Below are positions 1 to 10,669 of a stretch of DNA of 36,405 nucleotides, piece by piece. Every line of letters begins with the position of its first letter. Position 1 is the first letter of the stretch. The notes under the pieces were generated by a model that ran no database searches, was not told the DNA's origin, and saw nothing but the letters and a program-made list of their open reading frames with translations. This stretch comes from Spirogloea muscicola (Eukaryota): the NCBI GenBank assembly GCA_009602725.1, contig WELB01000019.1, positions 724,883-761,287 of the forward strand, written 5' to 3'. The translations under genes were made by a program, and so were the position numbers.

Positions 1-428
1 GTGCAGCGGCCGTGGTCCATGGTGAGCACGGCGAAGTGGTCGCGCCCGGCGGTGCGGTTGAAGAAGGGCCAGCGGGCGCGCACGGTGCGCAGCACCTCCT
101 CCAGCGCCGCGGACGTGCCGCCGACGGCGTCGGCCATGTTGGCGTCCCAGTCGCGGTAGCGCGCGAGCGTGTGGAAGGCGGCGTAGAAGGAGACGAAAAA
201 GAGCGCGGCGTCCTCGGGCGCCGTGGTGCGCAGCGCGTTGCTGCGCGCCAGCGCCTCGTGCACCGCGCGCTCCCCGTTGTACTGATCGCTCCACCACGCC
301 GGCTGCGGCCCGCCGCGCACGCCCGCCGTCCACTCCACGCCCAGGTCGTACACGTACACGAACCGCCGCAGCTCGGCGCCGCCGCCGCCGCCGCCGCCGC
401 GGCCGCCGGCGGCGGCCGCCGGCGACAT
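1..428 (-). CDS. GT47/exostosin-family glycosyltransferase, 5' part (runs off the left edge)
   Basis: Manual minus-strand translation gives ...RRFVYVYDLG...SDQYNGERAVHEAL...LRTTAPEDAALFFVSFY...RWPFFNRTAGRDHFAVLTMDHGRC. This matches the GT47 motifs (VYVYDL, RTxxPExAxLFFV, NRxxGRDH). In-frame ATG at 428; the true start is uncertain. Confidence 0.85.
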   Translation of the reverse strand, partial: MSPAAAAGGRGGGGGGGAELRRFVYVYDLGVEWTAGVRGGPQPAWWSDQYNGERAVHEALARSNALRTTAPEDAALFFVSFYAAFHTLARYRDWDANMADAVGGTSAALEEVLRTVRARWPFFNRTAGRDHFAVLTMDHGRC

Positions 429-2687
429 GCTGCGCGTGGAGCACCAGCTCGTGCGCGTGCCGTTCGAGCACCTGAAGCGCAGCATCCGGTCCAGCTGCCG
501 GCTGGTGGAGCGCGAGCTCGGCGCGCTGTCGTCCGGCATTGAGGGCGCCGCCGCGGCCGCCGCCACCGCGCCCGGGATGAGCGCCGAGGACGCCATCCGC
601 CATCTGGACCTGCTCATCTCGCGCATCCAGGGCCTCAAGCGCAAGGTCACGAAGCCTCCTCCGTGGCGCCTCTCGTGTCACCCGCTGCGGCACCTCCGCC
701 ACAGGTCAGGTTCTGCGATGCGACGAGCTCCGCTTGGTCTTGACCCCAGCGGACGTTCTCTTGCAGCTGGACGAGAGCAACAAGCTGGAGCAGGCGCAGG
801 TGCAGCGCTGCCGGTCGCGCGTCGACCACCTTGCATCGCTCAAGGCAGGCGGAAAGGAGAATCAGCTCAAGTGGAGCAAGGCCGGCGTGGACCGGAAGCT
901 GGTGGATTTCATGCTGCGCTCCTCGTACTACGACAGCGCCGTGAAGCTGACCGAGATCTCAAATCTTCAGGCACACACACTTACTCGCAGCTTCGATCAT
1001 AAAGAGGGCTGGCGAACGATAGGCATATGGTCTTCAGATTCACGACAATGATGAAGCTGCTTTCAGCTCACCAGTCGTGACACCGATACAACAGGATTGA
1101 CTACCAAGCTCTGCATCCACAAGCCCATCGCTTGGGTGGATTGAAATCGATCAAGTTCCTCGGACTGTATGCAGGATCTTGTTGATGTGGACCTCTTCCT
1201 CGAGGCAAAGAAGATCATTGACGGCCTGCAGAAGCACGATTGCACGGAAGTTCTTGCATGGTGCACAGATAACAAGTCGAAGCTACGCAAGCAGAAGGTA
1301 CTTTGATACGTAGGGCGTCTTGTGGTGCAGCCTGCCCTCCTTGCTCCACTTGCAGGATGAGCACCACTTTGTCCCCCAGTGCATAGCATGCCAGTGAAGT
1401 ATATCGAGCCTTCCCCCTTTTTGTGGTATGCCAGACTATGCAAGTTCTTTGATTCATCTTATGTCTCCCCATCTTTCTTATTCTAGAGCAAGCTAGAATT
1501 CAAAGTGCGGGTTCAGGAGTTTATTGAGCTGGTCCGGAAGGAGCAAATGCTAGACGCAATCAAGTACTCTCGAAAGCATTTGGCAACCTGGGGGTCGAGC
1601 AACATGAGGGAGTTGCAGCAGGCCATGGCCACCCTTGCCTTTCGGAGCAACACCGACTGTGACGGATACAAGGTGCTTGAGTTGACCTCCAAAGCTAGAG
1701 CTCGTAAAGCTGGCGCTATTTCATGTCTACTGTCTTGACCTGGTTCCGAAGTTGCAATGGCTTGCTGACTTATCTGCAGCAGCTACGCCCTGTCAACGCG
1801 CACCTGCCACTTCAACGCAATATAGTTCGTGGTTGTGAAGTCAGTCTCTGAAAGCGGTCTTCCTAATTGTGCAGGATCTTTTTGATCAGCGACAGTGGGA
1901 CAACTTGGTTGATCTCTTCAGACTCGACTTCTTCAATGTATATGGCATGAGTAGGGAGTCGCTGCTTCACATTCATCTGCAGGCGGGCCTGTCGGCCCTC
2001 AAGACCCCGTATCTAACTAAACTTTTTCTATACTCAATATCATTGCACTTTTTTCCTACTCCATTGGTGATACATGTCAATTGATGGCTCGTTCAGGCAC
2101 AGCATTACTGTGTGAGAGCTGCTAGTAGTGCCAGAGGAGACGTTGGGTTCCACAGGCTTTGTCACTGTACACTGATGCAGCATTGATTCGGCTACCAGGT
2201 TTTCTGCTGAGGAGGGATGTACCAAGGAGGATCCGCTATCTCAGGAGTCCTTTAGATTGCTCGCAGAACCGCTTCCCTATGCTAAGCACATCCATTCAAA
2301 GCTAGTTTGCCGGATAACAAAGGAGATCATGGATGAACACAACCCTCCCTTAGTGCTTCCCAACGGCTATGTGTACAGTAGAAAGGTAGGCTGTTTCCCC
2401 AGCTCATGTACATTGCATTCAAGTGCCAACATGTAAATTAGGGATTGCATTGTATGTAATTGCATTCAAGTGGTAAGAAGTACCTCTTGATTCAGGTCAT
2501 CTGGATGTCAGTGTCTAGGCTCATGACCAAAGTACATCAAGTCCTCTGTAGCTGATGATCTGTCGGACTATGTACTGTTGAGCAGGCATTGGAAGACATG
2601 GCCAACAGGAACAATGGACGGATCCAGTGCCCCCGTACAGGCTATGAGTGCTCTTTCCAAGACTTGCTCAAGGCCTTCATCTCATGA
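427..2687 (+). CDS. MAEA: MAEA/GID9/FYV10 homolog, CTLH E3 ligase subunit (LisH-CTLH-CRA-RING), 7 exons
   Basis: Exons ~427-645, 767-970, 1175-1297, 1487-1672, 1875-2008, 2199-2385, 2586-2687 splice in frame: EHQLVRVPFEH...DLVDVDLF...LEFKVRVQEFIEL...QAGLSALKTP...KEDPL...HSKLVC...NPPLVLPNGYVYS...CPRTG...KAFIS*. Confidence 0.93.
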
Positions 2688-2992
2688 CCTCTGCCGTAGC
2701 ATATCTGACAGTGTACAGCGGTCTCATTCTTTTGTACAGTCGAGGGTCATCATTAAACACCAATGCTGCTCAAACATTTAGCATGTCCGACATATGTCCA
2801 GGCTCACGGTCCAGGTTGTCCTGGTACCATCTTCTGATCCTCCTCAACCGCTCAAGTGATTGAGCTGTACCAGCTGACTCGCACATGTACAGCTTCACTC
2901 GGTCGCCGACTCGCTTTGCAAGGTTCACCCGAAGCTCTCTAAGCTTTCTGTGGAAAGTCACGAAGCACTTTCGTGGTTTACGCTTTCCGGCG

Positions 2993-3040
2993 CACTTGGA
3001 CCTTGTCCATCCTTTTTGGGCTGGCCTGCTCACAGCTACT
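2993..3040 (-). repeat. Repeat R copy A (inverted)
   Basis: Reverse complement reads agtagctgtgagcaggccagcccaaaaaggatggacaaggtccaag, matching 4136-4185 and 12157-12209. Confidence 0.8.
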
Positions 3041-3207
3041 GCCTTACTCTGGAGAGCTATTTAGTTTCTTCTAAACACACAAAATTTTCATTTTCTTCCA
3101 TGCTTTACTGCGGGCACCGGCATGTGCGCCACCACACGGGAGGCTCCGGGGCTGCTGCCGAATGTTGCGCCACCATTGGAAAAACGATTGAGGAGCCTCC
3201 AATTCGA

Positions 3208-3290
3208 GGGGCTGGAAAAGCCAGCCCAAAAAAGAATGAACAGAGTACGAGAAGGGGGCCAGGGGAATGGACAAAATTCAAAGAGCTACA
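3208..3290 (+). repeat. Repeat R copy B with a GGGCTGG/CCAGCCC hairpin, immediately 3' of the RLE ORF
   Basis: ggggctggaaaagccagcccaaaaaagaatgaacagag...ggggccagg, followed by a second partial sub-repeat gaatggacaaaattcaaag. Confidence 0.8.
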
Positions 3291-3312
3291 GGAAAATCAC
3301 ACAGTAACCCAC

Positions 3313-4090
3313 TCAGTAACCTCTGCTAAGCAGCCGCAGGTCGGAGATGCTCGGCTCGTTGAAGTGGGTCCCCTGGCCAGAGCCAGAGGCAGCAGCGAGG
3401 GCTCTGACGGCACGAAGGTGCAACGCCCGGGCCATAGACCTCTGCAGCGAGACGGCCAGGCGCATTCGATACACTTGCGCCAGCGACCCGACTGCAGGAA
3501 AGTCGACCGGCTCCCCATGGAAGCGACGGGCGATGGAGTGGCGGGCGAGCTGGGTGAGCAGCTCGAGCCACCGAGCGCCCAGCGCCCCATGGGTATCAAT
3601 GGCCAACGGGAAGAACTCGTCTTCCCGCGGATGGTCAGCGTACTTCAGCACTTTGGCCCGAGCAGCGCAGGCGACCGCATACCCAGCCTTGGTGGCACAT
3701 TGAGCTGGGTGTGAGCGGTCGTAGGCATCAGTGGTCACCACGTCCAGGAGAAGACGTGGCCCGCCGGCCCTGTGGGGTGGCCACCAGGTCTACACGCCGG
3801 GCGTGGAGACCGTCGGCCCTTTCCTGGACCGGCATGATGCCGGAGTGCTGCGCTGCCACGGAAAAGCCCGCCTCCAACAGGATGCCATGCATCACGTCGC
3901 GGAGGCGGTCGTGGGCCGCTGTCCGCTCTCCGCCGTGGGAACAGCGCAGAACATGAGCAGCCAGCCAGCCAGAAAAAAGGCGGCTCTCCCACGACGGCAT
4001 TGACAAACGGCTCGTTGGAGGCCCAAGCGGTGCGAACCGAGCGCCACGGCAGCAGTCAGCGGACAACACAGTCGCGAATAAACGACGCAA
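3313..4090 (-). mobile_element. 5'-truncated, frameshifted CRE-like non-LTR retrotransposon remnant (zinc knuckle + restriction-like endonuclease)
   Basis: Across three frames: RLGL...CQC...HVLRCSHGGERTAAHDRLRD...RRVDLV / LLLDVVTTD...AKVLKY...FFPLAIDTHGALG...LAVSLQRSMA...LSRGY*. This is the typical C-terminal CCHC+RLE module. Frameshifts lie near 3760 and ~3980; no RT domain is present in the window. Confidence 0.82.
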
Positions 4091-4112
4091 CAGCTCGTTT
4101 TATGTAACGTCG

Positions 4113-4198
4113 TGGCTGTGAGCGAAGTGGCTCTGAGAAGCTGTGAGAGGGCCAGCCAAAAGAAAGAATGAACAAAGTTCAAAGGGGCCAAGGGGGCC
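4113..4198 (+). repeat. Repeat R copy C preceded by tandem GCT(G/C)TGAG units
   Basis: tggctgtgagcgaag tggctctgagaag ctgtgagagggccagccaaaagaaagaatgaacaaagttcaaaggggcca. Confidence 0.8.
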
Positions 4199-4347
4199 TA
4201 TCGCAGTGGGGCCACGGTTGCCAACAAAACTTGTTGGGGGACCAGCCCGATCGAGCGGGCCGCGCATCGCGGCGGCCTCGCCGACGGCGGCCTCGGGACG
4301 CCCGCTCTCCAGCGCCGCCGCCATTGCCGCCCGCCGCCGCCGCCNNN

Positions 4348-4469
<122 letters not shown>

Positions 4470-6328
4470 CGCGGCGCCGCCGAGGGCCGCCGGCTACTCC
4501 TGCCGCCGGGGCCTGCGCCCGGCAGCCAGCGTCCGCTGCCGTGAGCTGCCTGGCTTGCCCTGCGGCCAGCGGCGGGCCCGCCGGAAGACGCGGCCGCAAC
4601 GCGCACTGCGGGGCCGCTCGGGCCAGTGGCAATGCAGCTCGGCTTGCCAGCTGCGACCAGCAGCATTGCGTTCCGGGCCTCCAGCGGCAATGGCTCCTCA
4701 GCTCTCGACGCCGCCAGAGGGACGTCGACGCCGGTCTGATCCTGCCGGGATTTGAACCCGCGTCGCAGCGCGCTGCGCCGCCGGTGACAGAGAAAAGCAG
4801 TTGCGCTCTTTTGAGGGTGCCGGCGGGGCCGGCTTCCACCTCCAGGCGCTGTGGCGCCGTCGGCCGAGCTTGCTCAGGGCCCTGCGCCACGACAGAGGTC
4901 CGCTGCCGGTGATCTGACCACAAGCACGACATGCGGTACTTAGCCGTCTGGCTATCGTCTAGGTGCGCATTGGCAAGCTGACCCGCAAGAGGTGATCTGG
5001 CGGTTGCAGCCTCTCAGGCCTTCCCAGTCGCTCGTCAGGCATTGTCAGATGACTCTTCGGCACTGCTCCTGCCAAGCCCGTCCCCAGTCCGGCGCTGGCA
5101 AAAGCGTGAGTCCTAGTCCTCAATAGGGTTCCCTGCTGGAATCAGCATCTGTCCAACTGAAAGAGGGGTCCCAACATTCGTGAGCAGGAGACTTGACCAG
5201 ATCTGCTGTCTCTGGATTGGTCACGTCCATGTCGCAGGGTTCACTCTGTGTCCTCACGGCTAGGATAAGCTACGCTTCTATTATGCTGCAGCTGTCTCAG
5301 AGGTTGATTGCCATTGTGTGACGGAAAGGCTTGCTACCAGCTTTGCAGTTACCACTGTATTAGGCCAACAGCGCATGACTCGTTATGTGCTGCAGGCGAC
5401 CTCACACTCCCTGAGACAGTCGTGAACGTGGTGACGTCAATCCCTTTCATCGTCGTCGGCGTTGCTACTCCGAGGTCGTCTGAATTCCTTCGCAGTTGCA
5501 TCCATCCTGGCAATACATGCAGGCTTGAATATAGTTGGTCATTTATATAGACTGGCAAGCACACAGTGTGGCCGCTGTGAACCTTGCCTTGGTAATCTAC
5601 ACTGAGCAGAAAGAAGCGCCACATGGAGCTCTATGCCAACTCCCTCGTTGGCGTCGGTCTGGCGTCCACTGCTTACCACGTCTCAAGGGGCAAGCTAAGA
5701 AAGTACTTCCGCTGGGGGGATTATGCCATGATCGCAGCTTGCACCATGGTGAGTCACGGTCGCTCGCTGCTCGCGCAAGCATGAAGGCTGACACTCTGAC
5801 TACTTTGTATATTGCTGGAGGCACAAGCTTCACTTCCAGCGGCGAGGTGCCTAACATACGCCTCCTTCCACAGTGCCTTTCCAGGGTGCTCAAGAATGAC
5901 CATCCAGCATTGATGGCCACCTCGGCCGCCGTTCTGCCTCTGCAGCCCGTGCTGGTCATTGCAGCCCACATGGGCCTGATGGAGGTTGGAGGCCAACTCG
6001 GTGGAGTGTTGCAGTTTTTACTCAAAGAATAGTTTCCTGTCATGCAACCTTAGATGTGCAGTGAGAAAGATCGCAGTAGTTCATCTACCATGAGGTATGT
6101 CAAGCTCATCATAGTCAACTGTGACGGTCTTAATTGCAGGTTACATTTGCCAGGAGGGTCTTGGCTGACCGCAAGCTCACGCGCACTTACCTGGCACATG
6201 CGAGTTCCTCCATCCTGGGCGGGGCTTTTTTCTTGGCTGATGAGCTGTTTCCAGAGCACCCCTACATGCACGCGGGTTGGCACATTGCTGCAGCTCTTGG
6301 TATTCACACTGCAAACAAGTTACTCTGA
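4470..6328 (+). CDS. Conserved plant multi-pass membrane protein, CREST superfamily (alkaline ceramidase/PAQR-like); 5' exons uncertain
   Basis: Exons 5396-5474, 5610-5748, 5874-5984, 6140-6328 encode ETVVNVVTSIPF...YANSLVGVGLASTAYH...RWGDYAMIA...HAGWHIAAA...NKLL*, with the SxxxH, D and HxxWH metal-binding motifs. The start probably lies near the gap at 4345-4470. Confidence 0.75.
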
Positions 6329-7280
6329 CTGTTGAGGCCGCCCTTCAGGGGCTGAAGCTGCCGGCTGCCAGGCGGCATGTGGCAGTGACTGCACATTGCC
6401 GAGATGGCATGTCGCAGGAGCACGCTATTAGCAACAGAGTGTGGAGGTGTTGACTTGTCTGGGCGTGCTATTTGAACATTTATGTAGCCATCAAGTGGTA
6501 ACCACTCCGCTGCACTACCTCCACTGTTGGCGACAATCCGGGCCACAACAGTGGCGGCAGCAGCTCAACAAGAGGCGCCATTGAGCCGGTTTCTGGGATT
6601 AGGGTTTAGGTTGTCCTTTCGCAAAAGCAGCGGCAAAGCTCGCCAGAGCCGCAGACAGCTCGCTCACGGGCAGCCATGGGATGGGCGGCGATGAGGTATG
6701 TCGCAGAGGTCTGTTGGGGTGGGAGGTGAGTACGTGAAGGCTCGCGGAGTGAGTACAGGCCAACAGAAGAAGGCCATTGTTTCGTTACAGCAAAAGCGTC
6801 GTTGTAGGAGCATTTACATACCCAGGGCAGTAAGATACGAAGGCCTGGAAAGTGCGCGACGGTCAGAGTCAAGGCCGCTTCTTACTTGTAGAGCCTTCTG
6901 ACTCCTGTTTACCCCTTCACATGGATCCGTAATAGTATGCGAGGGTAGTTGGTTGTCAGCCCCCGGAAAAGTGTGGACTGGGAGTAGGCCAGGGTGGGTC
7001 TCTCGAGCCGGTCGTCGGCCGCCCGACGGCCGGGCCGCCGACGACGACAGGCCCGACCCCGAAGAAGCTTCTCCCGGCGGCACGTGGCGGGGCCGCCTCC
7101 CGCTCGGCCGAACCTTCCGCCCCGCCGGCTATGGCGGCGCGGCTATGGCGGCCCCGGCTCGCGGCCCCCCGGGGGAGGGGGCCAGCCATGGCGGCCCCGA
7201 GTTGTATCAGAGCCGGCTGCCATGGCCCAGCCCCGTTGACCTCCCCCGCGGCGGCGGCGGCGGCGGCGGCGGCAGCGGCC

Positions 7281-7317
7281 ATGGCGGGCTCCGCGGACTG
7301 CGCCGTCGGGAGCGGTG

Positions 7318-7377
<60 letters not shown>

Positions 7378-10337
7378 NNNNNNNNNNNNNNNNNNNNNNN
7401 NNNNNNNNNNNNNNNNNNNNNNNNNNNNNNNNNNNNNNNNNNNNNNNNNNNNNNNNNNNNNNNNNNNNNNNNNNNNNNNNNNNNNNNNNNNNNNNNNNNN
7501 NNNNNNNNNNNNNNNNNNNNNNNNNNNNNNNNNNNNNNNNNNNNNNNNNNNNNNNNNNNNNNNNNNNNNNNNNNNNNNGGGCGAGCGCTTCTCCGGTCGC
7601 CCGGCGCCCCGGCTCCCGCTGCCGCCGTTGGCCTTGGGGCGGGGCTCCTCCGTGCGCGGGTGCTGACGGCGCTACGCCTCGCCCGCTCGTCGCGGCGCCG
7701 CCGCCGCCGCCTCGCCAGGGCTTCCGCAAGGTCGTGTCGGACCGGTGGGAGTTTGCCAACGACTGCTTCCGCAAGGGCCAGAAGGTCATGCTGCGCGACA
7801 TCCAGCGCCGCAAGACCAGCGGCCCGCCGCCGCCGCTCCCGCTCGCGCTCCACCAGGCCTCGTTGTGAGCTCCGACGGCCCTCTGCTGGGCAGCACTCAG
7901 CGGTCGCTCGGGCCGACGACGCCTCTGACACAGTCAAGGCTTCTAGCTCCATTGTTGTAGCATCAGAGTAGCGGTGTGCCGGTGCAACCTTTTGCTCAGG
8001 CGCCAGCCCTCTTTCTGTTGAGGACCGCGCAGTTCTGCACTGTTGCCGCAGGCCGAAGGTTTGAGTCCTGGTTGTCCTCGTCTTTAGTAGAGGATTTGGA
8101 TTGTGGCGATGGCTCTGAGTTGCATCTCCTGGGTACCTGCAGCCAAGAGTTTGCTGCCGTGGTGAAGCCGAGCCCAAGCTCATCGGAGGAGCCAGCAGTG
8201 TCTTCGCCACCATCGCCGAGTCGCAGCTCAGCTGACAATGCAGAGGGGCTAAGGTGAGTCGAACTTCGAAGTCTCTCCTTGAGGAAGTGACTGCAGGATG
8301 ATGCTTGGGCCGCAAGTGCATCTCAGGCGAGCCGCGCATATGAAGCCTCGTGAGCAAGGCCAAGTGGCATGACATACGTTGCCCATTTGTAATTGATAGG
8401 CCAGAGAAGCTGCAGATGTTGCTTGAGGAAAACACACGCCTACGTCGCGACAATTATGCGTTTGCAAGCGAGCTTGCAAGAATGCGCCGCCTATATGATG
8501 GCCTTTTTGGTTTTTTGCAGCAGAGCTTTCAGGTTGGTCTGCACCTTTCCTTTCTTTTCCGCTTGACGCCTTGTATGGCACAGAGGGCGCATCTTACGTT
8601 CAGTCATAGCGGGTTGCTTCTGTCTATGGTAGGATAGTTTATTTACAGAATCTTGCCAGCAGTCTTGTGCTTCCAAAGAATATAAGCTGAAGTGAGCAAG
8701 ATCGTCATACTCTTTGTTGCAGCTCATGGACGAGAGCGTAAGGTTGCCCCTTGCACAGCACGCAGTGCCCCAGATGGGCTCCCCTCATGCCACCCCTCAG
8801 CAGCGCCGGCCCCAGCGTGTTGCCGACAGCACGCTGCCGAAGCCGGAGGCAATATTGGCAAAGCCGCTGCGTCCTGGTCAGGCACCGGGCTGCACGTCGC
8901 CGTGTGTTTCAGCAATGCCGAGTGGCGTCCACGAGTTCTTCGAGAAGCTTGTGGACCGGATTGCTGAGTCCAAGTCACAGCACGATCTTGAAGTGAGCCA
9001 GGTCAAGGCCGCAAGGAAGGAGGACGGCGGTGATGGTTTTGCCAGGAGCAACAATCATGGCAACCAGTCTCAGCCACCCCATGAGCTGCCCCTGCCGCTG
9101 CCACTGCCGTTGCCGCTTACGTTGCCGGAGATTGGAAGAGAGGTTGCCAAATCGGCCTTTGATGGAGGAGGTGCTGCAGGTCCTTGCGGAGTGCCGCAAT
9201 CTGATCCAGCAGACACCGATGAGCCCGTCGCCGGCCTTAGAGTACCTAGCGCTGCTGCCAGGCAGTCCGTCAGATGCTCAGAGGGTGGTGGCCACCCAAT
9301 AGCGAGGACCACGTCGCTGCCCCTGCAGCAGGTCCTTCAGTCATGCTGCGAGCGCTCAGCTGGAGGCGGCGCGAGTTCCAGCACCAGCGCATTCCGGGGC
9401 AGCCCGGTGCTGCAGCGGCTCAGGTCCAGGGGGGCTCCAGTGCGGTGCAGCAGCTACGGAAGGGAGATATCAGTGCTGCCAGAGCTGGAGGCTGCAGCAA
9501 GGACGCAAGGCAAGGCCGCCGGATCGGGCAAGAGAATTGACTGGGAGAGCTGCCACGGCATCGGGGCGCTCAAGGAGCAGCGGCTGGACATTCGAGAAAA
9601 CATACTTGCTGCTGCGGTCGCAGCTATGAAGCAGGTCAGGGAGGGCAGCCGAGATGTCGTCAAGGCGCCTTTATTGTGCCGAGCTTGGCGAGTGCTTGTG
9701 CAAAATGTCCTTGTCTTCTTAGTCGCGGCTCTTCTGCCTTGTCTTTGCAGAAGGGGACAGGCTCGCCGGCTGTCACTGTTGGAGGAGTTGCGTCCTCCTT
9801 CAAGCCAGTGGAGCCTGCGGCTTGCTCCACTGCCCCACGTCAAGCTTCCACCAATGGCAGCCCGGGACCAGGTATGCATCAGTGTGATGTCGTCATCATC
9901 AGGTGGCTGCAGGAGGAAGTGATTCGTACAGGGTTGTTGCTCTGACTACAGGCCTTGCTCAATGACAACAATCGGCAAAGCCTTGCCCTCGTGCTGCTGC
10001 AGGCTGGCCCGATGTGAAGCTCGAGTGCCAGCTGGAGCCGAGGCTGTTCGGTGTCGCGCTCCATGCTGAGGGTGGTGAGCGAGGAATCTTGCTGCCGGTG
10101 AAGCGGGAAAGGTGCTGTGAAGAAGACTTGATACGACACTGCTCAGACGATGACGATGACAATGACGAGGACCTGGTAGATGACCAATTGCCAGCTGCAC
10201 CGAAGGCGGAGCTGGACAAGGTTGGTGTTGCAAGCATCGAGGCGGACAACGGCCAGGCGCCAGCCAGCAAGCGGGGGCGGTCGAGGTCTGATCTGGCACG
10301 CCGGCTGGGCGCACCTTGGCTCCGCGTGTCTGCTTAG
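7281..10337 (+). CDS. HSFB: Heat shock transcription factor, class B (first DBD exon hidden in the N gap; start approximate)
   Basis: DBD second half [32 protein letters not shown] follows an AG at 7717-7718, the conserved HSF intron position. Compact [16 protein letters not shown]...LARMRRL and C-terminal RLFGV repressor motif are present. Exons 7719-7864, 8143-8253, 8400-8532, 8723-9634, 9751-9871, 10003-10337 splice in frame. Confidence 0.85.
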
Positions 10338-10669
10338 GCCCAGTTAATTGCATTAATGGCATGACACCATCTGCTGTTTTGCTGTGTACGATTGTCTCTG
10401 CTTGTCACACAGCTGGCCATGCTCAGCAGAACTGTCTGTGGGCAATTGCCTCTACGGCTATTCTGACAGTCTCTGTCCGCAACCTCGGCCTTCTTATTGT
10501 TGACTCTGCAAGATGCAGCAATTTGCATATTCTTTGCAGACCAATCCTTCCAGCCATTACTTTGGACCTGAGAATGTCAGCTGCTTGGTTATGTTGTGGA
10601 GTTTGTACAGGCTAAAAACCGTTTGAGGAAAATTGTGCAAGTTGGACATAAGCTAGCCCAAGCAACAAC

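Noticed and set aside
2950..3714. 254-aa plus-strand ORF
   Set aside because: Antisense to the RLE remnant and repeats; no recognisable motifs.
2990..4200. Hammerhead ribozyme or CRISPR-like array in the repeat family
   Set aside because: No CTGANGA...GAAA core was seen near the repeats, and copies are dispersed and inverted rather than regularly spaced with spacers.
4735..4800. tRNA-like T-arm/B-box (rc GCGGGTTCAAATCCCG)
   Set aside because: No A-box, D-arm, anticodon arm or acceptor stem could be built.
7126..7285. Upstream ATG cluster as a conserved HsfB uORF
   Set aside because: No recognisable conserved peptide, and the true start is hidden by the gap.
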